The position numbers and the translations under genes are program-made. Below are positions 25,601 to 37,041 of a DNA stretch of 64,000 nucleotides, in pieces. Each line of letters starts with the position of its first letter. The first letter of the stretch is position 1. The notes under the pieces are model-generated. The model worked only from the letters and a program-made list of their open reading frames with translations. It was not told where the DNA came from and made no database searches. Source of the DNA: the human T2T-CHM13v2.0 reference genome, Homo sapiens; NCBI RefSeq assembly GCF_009914755.1, contig NC_060926.1, one strand, 5' to 3'.

Positions 25601-28600
25601 TTTGTAGTATCTGGAAGTTGACATTTGGAGCGTTTTCAGGACTACGGTGAAAAAGGAAATATCTTCCAAATAAAGCTAGATAGAAGCAATGTCAGAAAAT
25701 TTTTCATGATGTATCTACTCAGCTAACAGAATTTAACCTTTCTTTTGAGAGAGCAGTTTTGAAACACTCTTTTTGTGGAATCTGCAAGTGGATATTTGTC
25801 TAGGTTTGAGGATTTCGTTGGAAACGGGATTACATATAAAAAGCAGACAGCAGCATTCCCAGAAACTTCTTTGTGATATTTGCATTCAAGTCACAGAGTT
25901 GAACATTCCCTTTCATAGAGCAGGTTTGAAACACTCTTTTTGTAGTATCTGGATGTGGACATTTGGAGCGCTTTCAGGCCTATGGTGAAAAAGGAAATAT
26001 CTTCCCCTGAAAAGTAGACAGAAACATTCTCAGAAACTTATTTGTGATGTGCGCCCTCAACAAACAGTGTTGAACCTATCTTTTGATAGAGCAGTTTTGA
26101 TACACTCTTTTTGAAAAATCCGCAAGAAGATATTTGGATAGCTTTGAGGATTTCGTTGGAAACGGGATTGTCTTCATATAGAATCTAGACAGAATCATTC
26201 TCAGAAGCTTCATTGGGATGTTTCAATTGAAGTCACAGTGTTGAACAGTCCCTTTCATAGAGCAGATTTGAAACACTCTTTTTGTAGTATCTGGAAGTGG
26301 ACATTTGGAGCGTTCTCAGGACTACAATGAAAAAGGAAATATCTTCCAATAAAAGCTAGATAGAAGCAATGTCAGAAAATTTTTCATGATGTATCTACTC
26401 AGCTAACAGGGTTGAACCTTTCTTTTGAGAGAGCAGTTTTGAAACACTCTTTTTGTGGAATCTGCAAGTGGATATTTTTCTAGCTTTGAGGATTGCGTTG
26501 GAAACGGGATTACATATAAAAAGCAGACAGCAGCATTCCCAGAAACTTCTTTGTGATATTTGCATTCAAGTCACAGACTTGAACATTCCCTTCCATAGAG
26601 CGGGTTTGAAACACTCTTTTTGTAGTATCTGGATGTGGACATTTGGAGCGCTTTCAGGCCTATGGTGAAAAAGGAAATATCTTCCCCTGAAAACTAGACA
26701 GTAGCATTCTCAGAAACTTATTTGTGATGTGCGCCCTCAACTAACAGTGTTAAACCTTTCTTTTGATAGAGTAGTTTTGAAACACTCTTTTTGTAAAATC
26801 TGCAAGAGGATATTTGGATAGCTTTGAGGATTTCGTTGGAAACGGGATTGTCTTCATCTAAACTCTAGACAGTAGCATTCTCAGAAGCTTCATTGGGATG
26901 TTTCAACTGAAGTCACAGTGTTGAACAGTCCCTTTCATAGAGCAGGTTTGAAACACTCTTTTTGTAGTATCTGGAAGTGGACATTTGGAGCGCTCTCAGG
27001 ACTACGGTGAAAAAGGAAATATCTTCCAATAAAAGCTAGATAGAAGCAATGTCAGAAACTTTTTCATGATGTATCTACTCAGCTAACAGAGTTGAACCTT
27101 TCTTTTGAGAGAGCAGTTTTGAAACACTCTTTTTGTGGAATCTGCAAGTGGATATTTGTCTAGCTTTGAGGATTTCGTTGGAAACGGGATTACATATAAA
27201 AAGCAGACAGCAGCATTCCCAGAAACTTCTTTGTGATGTTTGCATTCAAGTCACAGAGTTGAACATTCCCTTTCATAGAGCAGGTTTGAAACACTCTTTT
27301 TGTAGTATCTGGATGTGGACATTTGGAGCGCTTTCAGGCCTATGGTGAAAAAGGTAATATTTTCCACTGAAAACTGGACAGAAGGAGTCTCAGAAACTTA
27401 TTTGTGATGTGCGCCCTCAACTAACAGTGTTGAAGCTTTCTTTTGATAGAGCAGTTTTGAAACATTCTTTTTGTAAAATCTGCAAGAGGATATTTGGATA
27501 GCTTTGAGGATTTCGTTGGAAACGGGATTGACTTCATATTAACCCTAGACAGTAGCATTCTCAGAAGCTTCATTGGGATGTTTCAATTGAAGTCACAGTG
27601 TTGAACAGTCCCTTTCATAGAGCAGGTTTGAAACACTTTTTTTGTAGCATCTGGAAGTGGACATTTGGAGCGTTCTCAGGACTACGGTGAAAAAGGAAAT
27701 ATCTTCCAATAAAAGCTAGATAGAAGCAATGTCAGAAACTTTTTCATGATGTATCTACTCAGCTAAAAGAGTTGAACCTTTCTTTTGAGAGAGCAGTTTT
27801 GAAACACTCTTTTTGTGGAATCTGCAAGTGGATATTTGTCTAGCTTTGAGGATTTCGTTGGAAACGGGATTACATATAAAAAGCAGACAGCAGCATTCCC
27901 AGAAACTTCTTTGTGAAATTTGCATTCAAGTCACAGACTTGAACATTCCCTTTCATAGAGCAGGTTTGAAACACTCTTTTTGTAGTATCTGGATGTGGAC
28001 ATTTGGAGCGCTTTCAGGCCTATGGTGAAAAAGGAAATATCTTCTCCTGAAAACTAGACAGAAGCATTCTCAGAATCTTATTTGTGATGTGCGCCCTCAA
28101 CTAACAGTGTTGAAGCTTTCTTTTGATAGAGCAGTTTTGAAACACTCTTTTCGTAAAATCTGCAAGAGGATATTTGGATAGCTTTGAGGATTTCGTTGGA
28201 AACGGGATTGTCTTCATATAAACTCTAGACAGAAGCATTCTCAGAAGCTTCATTGGGATGTTTCAATTGAAGTCACAGTGTTGAACAGTCCCTTTCATAG
28301 AGCAGGTTTGAAACACTCTTTTTGTAGTATCTGGAAGTGGACATTTGGAGAGATCTCAGGAATACGGTGATAAAGGAAATATCTTCCAATAAAAGCTAGA
28401 TAGAAGCAATGTCAGAAACTTTTTCATGATGTATCTACTCAGCTAACAGAGTTGAACCTTTCTTTTGAGAGAGCAGTTTTGAAACACTCTTTTTGTGGAA
28501 TCTGCAAGTGGACATTTGTCTAGCTTTGAGGATTTCGTTGGAAACGGGATTACATAGAAAAAGCAGACAGCAGCATTCCCAGTAACTTCTTTGTGATATT

Positions 28601-28870
28601 TGCATTCAAGTCACAGACTTGAACATTCCCTTTCATAGAGCAGGTTTGAAACACTCTTTTTGTAGTATCTGGATGTGGACATTTGGAGCGCTTTCAGGCC
28701 TATGGTGAAAAAGGAAATATCTTCCCCTGCAAACTAGACAGAAGCATTCTCAGAAACTTATTTGTGATGTGCGCCCTCAACTAACAATGTTGAACCTTTC
28801 TGTTGATAGAGTAGTTTTGAAACACTCTTTTCGTAAAATCTGCAAGAGGATATTTGGATAGCTTTGAGGA

Positions 28871-29058
28871 TTTCGTTGGAAACGGGATTGTCTTCATATT
28901 AACCCTAGACAGTAGCATTCTCAGAAGGTTGTTTGGGATGTTTCAATTGAAGTCACAGTGTTGAACAGTCACTTTCATAGAGCAGGTTTGAAACACTCTT
29001 TTTGTAAAATCCGCAAGAGGATATTTGGATAGCTTTGAGGATTTCGTTGGAAACGGGA
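28871..29058 (+). repeat. 5-mer HOR variant (851 bp): extra B-type monomer, two CENP-B boxes 171 bp apart
   Basis: Boxes at 28871-28887 and 29042-29058, both followed by TTGTCTTCATAT. HOR phase 28493 to 29344 = 680+171. Confidence 0.93.
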
Positions 29059-30702
29059 TTGTCTTCATATAGAATCTAGACAGAATCATTCTCAGAAGCT
29101 TCATTGGGATGTTTCAATTGAAGTCACAGTGTTGAACAGTCCCTTTCATAGAGCAGATTTGAAACACTCTTTTTGTAGTATCTGGAAGTGGACATTTGGA
29201 GCGTACTCAGCACTACAGTGAAAAAGGAAATATCTTCCAATAAAAGCTAGATAGAAGCAATGTCAGAAAATTTTTCATGATGTATCTACTCAGCTAACAG
29301 GGTTGAACCTTTCTTTTGAGAGAGCAGTTTTGAAACACTCTTTTTGTGGAATCTGCAAGTGGATATTTGTCTAGCTTTGAGGATTGCGTTGGAAACGGGA
29401 TTACATATAAAAAGCAGACAGCAGCATTCCCAGAAACTTCTTTGTGATATTTGCATTCAAGTCACAGACTTGAACATTCCCTTCCATAGAGCGGGTTTGA
29501 AACACTCTTTTTGTAGTATCTGGATGTGGACATTTGGAGCGCTTTCAGGCCTATGGTGAAAAAGGAAATATCTTCCCCTGAAAACTAGACAGTAGCATTC
29601 TCAGAAACTTATTTGTGATGTGCGCCCTCAACTAACAGTGTTAAACCTTTCTTTTGATAGAGTAGTTTTGAAACACTCTTTTTGTAAAATCTGCAAGAGG
29701 ATATTTGGATAGCTTTGAGGATTTCGTTGGAAACGGGATTGTCTTCATATAAACTCTAGACAGTAGCATTCTCAGAAGCTTCATTGGGATGTTTCAACTG
29801 AAGAAACAGTGTTGAACAGTCCCTTTCATAGAGCAGGTTTGAAACACTCTTTTTGTAGTATCTGGAAGTGGACATTTGGAGCGCTCTCAGGACTACGGTG
29901 AAAAAGGAAATATCTTCCAATAAAAGCTAGATAGAAGCAATGTCAGAAACTTTTTCATGATGTATCTACTCAGCTAACAGAGTTGAACCTTTCTTTTGAG
30001 AGAGCAGTTTTGAAACACTCTTTTTGTGGAATCTGCAAGTGGATATTTGTCTAGCTTTGAGGATTTCGTTGGAAACGGGATTACATATAAAAAGCAGACA
30101 GCAGCATTCCCAGAAACTTCTTTGTGATGTTTGCATTCAAGTCACAGAGTTGAACATTCCCTTTCATAGAGCAGGTTTGAAACACTCTTTTTGTAGTATC
30201 TGGATGTGGACATTTGGAGCGCTTTCAGGCCTATGGTGAAAAAGGAAATATTTTCCACTGAAAACTGGACAGAAGGAGTCTCAGAAACTTATTTATGATG
30301 TGCGCCCTCAACTAACAGTGTTGAAGCTTTCTTTTGATAGAGCAGTTTTGAAACATTCTTTTTGTAAAATCTGCAAGAGGATATTTGGATAGCTTTGAGG
30401 ATTTCGTTGGAAACGGGATTGTCTTCATATAAACTCTAGACAGAAGCATTCTCAGAAGCTTCATTGGGATGTTTCAATTAAAGTCACAGTGTTGAACAGT
30501 CCCTTTCATAGAGCAGGTTTGAAACACTCTTTTTGTAGTATCTGGAAGTGGACATTTGGAGCGCTCTCAGGACTGCGGTGAAAAAGGAAATATCTTCTAA
30601 TAAAAGCTAGATAGAAGCAATGTCAGAAACTTTTTCATGATGTATCTACTCAGCTAACAGAGTTGAACCTTCATTTGAGAGAGCAGTTTTGAAACACTCG
30701 TT

Positions 30703-31040
30703 TTGTGGAATCTGCAAGTGGATATTTGTCTAGCTTTGAGGATTTCGTTGGAAACGGGATTACATATAAAAAGCAGACAGCAGCATTCCCAGAAACTTCT
30801 TTGTGATGTTTGCATTGAAGTCACAGAGTTGAACATTCCCTTTCATAGAGCAGGTTTGAAACACTCTTTTTGTAGTATCTGGAAGTGGACATTTGGAGCT
30901 CTCTCAGGACTAAGGTGAAAAAGGAAATATCTTCCAATAAAAGCTACATAGAAGCAATGTCAGAAACTTTTTCATGATGTATCTACTCAGCTAACAGAGT
31001 TGAACCTTTCCTTTGAGAGAGCAGTTTTGAAACACTCTTT
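30703..31040 (+). repeat. 2-mer HOR variant (338 bp; 342 bp deleted)
   Basis: Consecutive boxes at 30743 and 31081 are both of the TTACATAT type. Phase 30703, 31041, 31721. Confidence 0.93.
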
Positions 31041-34000
31041 TTGTGGAATCTGCAAGTGGATATTTGTCTAGCTTTGAGGATTTCGTTGGAAACGGGATTA
31101 CATATAAAAAGCAGACAGCAGCATTCCCAGTAACTTCTTTGTGATGTTTGCATTCAAGTCAGAGAGTTGAACATTCCCTTTCATAGAGCAGGTTTGAAAC
31201 ACTCTTTTTGTAGTATCTGGATGTGGACATTTGGAGCGCTTTCAGGCCTATGGTGAAAAAGGAAATATCTTCCCCTGAAAACTAGACAGAAGCATTCTCA
31301 GAAACTTATTTGTGATGTGCGCCCTCAACTAACAGTGTTGAACCTTTCTTTTGAGAGAGCAGTTTTGAAACACTCTTTTTGTAATATCTGCAAGAGGATA
31401 TTTGGATAGCTTTGAGGATTTCGTTGGAAACGGGATTGTCTTCATATGAACTCTAGACAGAAGCATTCTCAGAAGCTTCATTGGGATGTTTCAATTGAAG
31501 TCACAGTGTTGAACAGTCCCTTTCATAGAGCAGGTTTGAAACACTCTTTTTGTAGTATCTGGAAGTGGACATTTGGAGCGCTCTCAGGACTATGGTGAAA
31601 AAGGAAATATCTTCCAATAAAAGCTACATAGAAGCAATGTGAGAAACTTTTTCATGATGTATCTACTCAGCTAACAGAGTTGAACCTTTCTTTTGAGAGA
31701 GCAGTTTTGAAACACTCTTTTTGTGGAATCTGCAAGTGGATATTTGTCTAGCTTTGAGGATTTCGTTGGAAACGGGATTACATATAAAAAGCAGACAGCA
31801 GCATTCCCAGAAAGTTCTTTGTGATGTTTGCATTCAAGTCACAGAGTTGAACATTCCCTTTCATAGAGCAGGTTTGAAACACTCTTTTTGTAGTATCTGG
31901 ATGTGGACATTTGGAGCGCTTTCAGGCCTATGGTGAAAAAGGAAATATCTTCCCCAGAAAACTAGACAGAAGCATTCTCAGAATCTTATTTGTGATGTGC
32001 GCCCTCAACTAACAGTGTTTAACCTTTCTTTTGATAGAGCAGTTTTGAAACACTCTTTTTGTAATATCTGCAAGAGGATATTTGGATAGCTTTGAGGATT
32101 TCGTTGGAAACGGGATTGTCTTCATATAAACTCTAGACAGAAGCATTCTCAGAAGCTTCATTGGGTTGTTTCAATTGAAGTCACAGTGTTGAACAGTTCC
32201 TTTCATAGAACAGGTTTGAAACACTCTTTTTGTAGTATCTGGAAGTGGACATTTGGAGCGCTCTCAGGACTTCGGTGAAAAAGGAAATATCTTCCAATAA
32301 AAGCTACATAGAAGCAATGTCAGAAACTTTTTCATGATGTATCTACTCAGCTAACAGAGTTGAACCTTTCCTTTGAGAGAGCAGTTTTGAAACACTCTTT
32401 TTGTGGAATCTGCAAGTGGATATTTGTCTAGCTTTGAGGATTTCGTTGGAAACGGGATTACATATAAAAAGCAGACAGCAGCATTCCCAGTAACTTCTTT
32501 GTGATGTTTGCATTCAAGTCAGAGAGTTGAACATTCCCTTTCATAGAGCAGGTTTGAAAGACTCTTTTTGAAGTATCTGGATGTGGACATTTGGAGCGCT
32601 TTCAGGCCTATGGTGAAAAAGGAAATATCTTCCCCTGAAAACTAGACAGAAGCATTCTCAGAAACTTATTTGAAATGTGCGCCCTCAACTAACAGTGTTG
32701 AACCTTTCTTTTGATAGAGCAGTTTTGAAACACTCTTTTTGTAATATCTGCAAGAGGATATTTGGATAGCTTTGAGGATTTCGGTGGAAACGGGATTGTC
32801 TTCATATAAACTCTAGACAGAAGCATTCTCAGAAGCTTCATTGGGATGTTTCAATTGAAGTCACAGTGTTGAACAGTCCCTTTCATAGAGGAGGTTTGAA
32901 ACACTCTTTTTGTAGTATCTGGAAGTGGACATTTGGAGCGCTCTCAGGACTACGGTGATAAAGGAAATATCTTCCAATAAAAGCTAGATAGAAGCAATGT
33001 CAGAAACTTTTTCATGATGTATCTACTCGGCTAACAGAGTTGAACCTTTCTTTTGAGAGAGCAGTTTTGAAACACTCTTTTTGTGGAATCTGCAAGTGGA
33101 TATTTGTCTAGCTTTGAGGATTTCGTTGGAAACGGGATTACATATAAAAAGCAGACAGCAGCATTCCCAGAATCTTCTTTGTGATGTTTGCATTCAAGTC
33201 ACAGAGTTGAACATTCCCTTTCATAGTGCAGGTTTGAAACACTCTTTTTGTAGTATCTGGATGTGGACATTTGGAGCGCTTTCAGGCCTATGGTGAAAAA
33301 GGAAATATCTTCCCCTGAAAACTAGACAGAAGCATTCTCAGAATCTTATTTGTGATGTGCGCCCTCAACTAACAGTGTTGAAGCTTTCTTTTGATAGAGC
33401 AGTTTTGAAACACTCTTTTTGTAAAATCTGCAAGAGGATATTTGGATAGCTTTGAGGATTTCGTTGGAAACGGGATTGTCTTCATATAAACTCTAGACAG
33501 TAGCATTCTCAGAAGCTTCATTGGGATGTTTCAATTGAAGTCACAGTGTTGAACAGTCCCTTTCGTAGAGCAGGTTTGAAACACTCTTTTTGTAGTATCT
33601 GGAAGTGGACATTTGGAGCGCTCTCAGGACTACGGTGATAAAGGAAATATCTTCCAATAAAAGCTAGATAGAAGCAATGTCAGAAACTTTTTCATGATGT
33701 ATCTACTCGGCTAACAGAGTTGAACCTTTCTTTTGAGAGAGCAGTTTTGAAACACTCTTTTTGTGGAATCTGCAAGTGGATATTTGTCTAGCTTTGAGGA
33801 TTTCGTTGGAAACGGGATTACATATAAAAAGCAGACAGCAGCATTCCCAGAATCTTCTTTGTGATGTTTACATTCAAGTCACAGAGTTGAACATTCCCTT
33901 TCATAGTGCAGGTTTGAAACACTCTTTTTGTAGTATCTGGATGTGGACATTTGGAGCGCTTTCAGGCCTATGGTGAAAAAGGAAATATCTTCCCCTGAAA

Positions 34001-34962
34001 ACTAGACAGAAGCATTCTCAGAATCTTATTTGTGATGTGCGCCCTCAACTAACAGTGTTGAAGCTTTCTTTTGATAGAGCAGTTTTGAAACACTCTTTTT
34101 GTAAAATCTGCAAGAGGATATTTGGATAGCTTTGAGGATTTCGTTGGAAACGGGATTGTCTTCATATAAACTCTAGACAGAAGCATTCTCAGAAGCTTCA
34201 TTGGGATGTTTCAATTGAAGTCACAGTGTTGAACAGTCCCTTTCATAGAGCAGGTTTGAAACACTCTTTTTGTAGTATCTGGAAGTGGACATTTGGAGCG
34301 CTCTCAGGACTGCGGTGAAAAAGGAAATATCTTCCAATAAAAGCTAGATAGAAGCAATGTCAGAAACTTTTTCATGATGTATCTACTCAGCTAACAGAGT
34401 TGAACCTTCCTTTGAGAGAGCAGTTTTGAAACACTCTTTTTGTGGAATCTGCAAGTGGATATTTGTCTAGCTTTGAGGATTTCGTTAGAAACGGGATTAC
34501 ATATAAAAAGCAGACAGCAGCATTCCCAGTAACTTCTTTGTGGTGTTTGCATTCAAGTCACAGAGTTGAACATTCCCTTTCATAGAGCAGGTTTGAAACA
34601 CTCTTTTTGTAGTATCTGGATGTGGACATTTGCAGCGCTTTCAGGCCTATGGTGAAAAAGGAAATATCTTCCCCTGAAAACTAGACAGAAGCATTCTCAG
34701 AATCTTATTTGTGATGTGCGCCCTCAACTAACAGTGTTGAAGCTTTCTTTTGATAGAGCAGTTTTGAAACACTCTTTTTGTAAAATCTGCAAGAGGATAT
34801 TTGGATAGCTTTGAGGATTTCGTTGGAAACGGGATTGTCTTCATATAAACTCTAGACAGAAGCATTCTCAGAAGCATCATGGGGATGTTTCAATTGAAGT
34901 CACAATGTTGAACAGTCCCTTTCATAGAGCAGGTTTGAAACACTCTTTTTGTAGTATCTGGA

Positions 34963-35118
34963 TGAGGACATTTGAGCGCTTTCAGGCCTATGGTTTAAAA
35001 GGAAATATCTTCCCCTGAAAACTAGACAGAAGCATTCTCAGAAACTTATTTGTGATGTGCGCCCTCAACTAACAGTGTTGAAGCATTCTTTTGATAGAGC
35101 AGTTTTGAAAGACTCTTT
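34963..35118 (+). repeat. Hybrid 4-mer HOR variant, second copy
   Basis: Same GATGAGGACATTTGAGCG..GGTTTAAAAGG..GAAGCATTC..AAAGACTC segment as at 19505. Confidence 0.9.
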
Positions 35119-36853
35119 TTGTGGAATCTGCAAGTGGATATTTGTCTAGCTTTGAGGATTTCGTTGGAAACGGGATTACATATAAAAAGCAGACAGCAGC
35201 ATTCCCAGAAACTTCTTTGTGATGTTTGCATTCAAGTCACAGAGTTGAACATTCCCTTTTATAGAGCAGGTTTGAAACACTCTTTTTGTAGTATCTGGAT
35301 GTGGACATTTGGAGCGCTTTCAGGCCTATGGTGAAAAAGGAAATATCTTCCCCTGAAAACTAGACAGAAGCATTCTCAGAAACTTATTTGTGATGTGCGC
35401 CCTCAACTAACAGTGTTGAACCTTTCTTTTGATAGAGCAGATTTGAAACACTCTTTTTGTAATATCTGCAAGAGGATATTTGGATAGCTTTGAGGATTTC
35501 TTTGGAAACGGGATTGTCTTCATATAAACTCTAGACAGAAGCATTCTCAGAAGCTTCATTGGGATGTTTCAATTGAAGTCACCGTGTTGAACAGTCCCTT
35601 TCATAGAGCAGGTTTGAAACACTCTTTTTGTAGTATCTGGAAGTGGACATTTGTAGAGATCTCAGGAATACGGTGATAAAGGAAATATCTTCCAATAAAA
35701 GCTAGATAGAAGCAATGTCAGAAACTTTTTCATGATGTATCTACTCAGCTAACAAAGTTGAACCTTCATTTGAGAGAGCAGTTTTGAAACACTCGTTTTG
35801 TGGAATCTGCAAGTGGATATTTGTCTAGCTTTGAGGATTTCGTTGGAAACGGGATTACATATAAAAAGCAGACAGCAGCATTCCCAGAAACTTCTTTGTG
35901 ATGTTTGCATTCAAGTCACAGAGTTGAACATTCCCTTTCATAGAGCAGGTTTGAAACACTCTTTTTGTAGTATCTGGATGTGGACATTTGGAGCGCTTTC
36001 AGGCCTATGGTGAAAAAGGAAATATCTTCCCCTGAAAACTAGACAGAAGCATTCTCAGAAACTTATTTGTGATGTGCACCCTCAACTAACAGTGTTGAAG
36101 CTTTCTTTTGACAGAGCAGTTTGAAACACTCTTTTTGTAAAATCTGCAAGAGGATATTTGGATTGCTTTGAGGATTTCGGTGGAAATGGGATTGTCTTCA
36201 TATAAACTCTAGACAGTAGCATTCTCAGAAGCTTCATTGGGATGTTTCAATTGAAGTCACAGTGTTGAACATTCCCTTTCATAGAGCAGGTTTGAAACAC
36301 TCTTTTTGTAGTATCTGGAAGTGGACATTTGGAGCGCTCTCAGGACTACGGTGAAAAAGGAAATATCTTCCAATAAAAGCTAGATAGAAGCAATGTCAGA
36401 AACTTTTTCATGATGTATCTACTCAGCTAACAGAGTTGAACCTTTTTTTTGAGAGAGCAGTTTTGAAACACTCTTTTTGTTCGATCTGCAGGTGGATATT
36501 TGTCTAGGTTTGAGGATTTCGTTGGAAACGGGATTACATATAAAAGCAGACAGCAGCATTCCCAGAAACTTCTTTGTGATGTTTGCATTCAAGTCACAGA
36601 GTTGAACATTCCCTTTCATAGAGCAGGTTTGAAACACTCTTTTTGTAGTATCTGGATGTGGACATTTGGAGCGCTCTCAGGCCTATGGTGAAAAAGGAAA
36701 TATCTTCCCCTGCAAACTAGACAGAAGCATTCTCAGAAACTTATTTGTGATGTGCGCCCTCAACTAACAATGTTGAACCTTTCTGTTGATAGAGTAGTTT
36801 TGAAACACTCTTTTCGTAAAATCTGCAAGAGGATATTTGGATAGCTTTGAGGA

Positions 36854-37041
36854 TTTCGTTGGAAACGGGATTGTCTTCATATTAACCCTAGACAGCAGCA
36901 TTCTCAGAAGGTTCTTTGGGATGTTTCAATTGAAGTCACAGTGTTGAACAGTCACTTTCATAGAGCAGGTTTGAAACACTCTTTTTGTAAAATCCGCAAG
37001 AGGATATTTGGATAGCTTTGAGGATTTCGTTGGAAACGGGA
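36854..37041 (+). repeat. 5-mer HOR variant, second copy (adjacent CENP-B boxes)
   Basis: Boxes at 36854 and 37025; same junction TTTGTAAAATCCGCAAG as at 29.0 kb. Confidence 0.93.
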
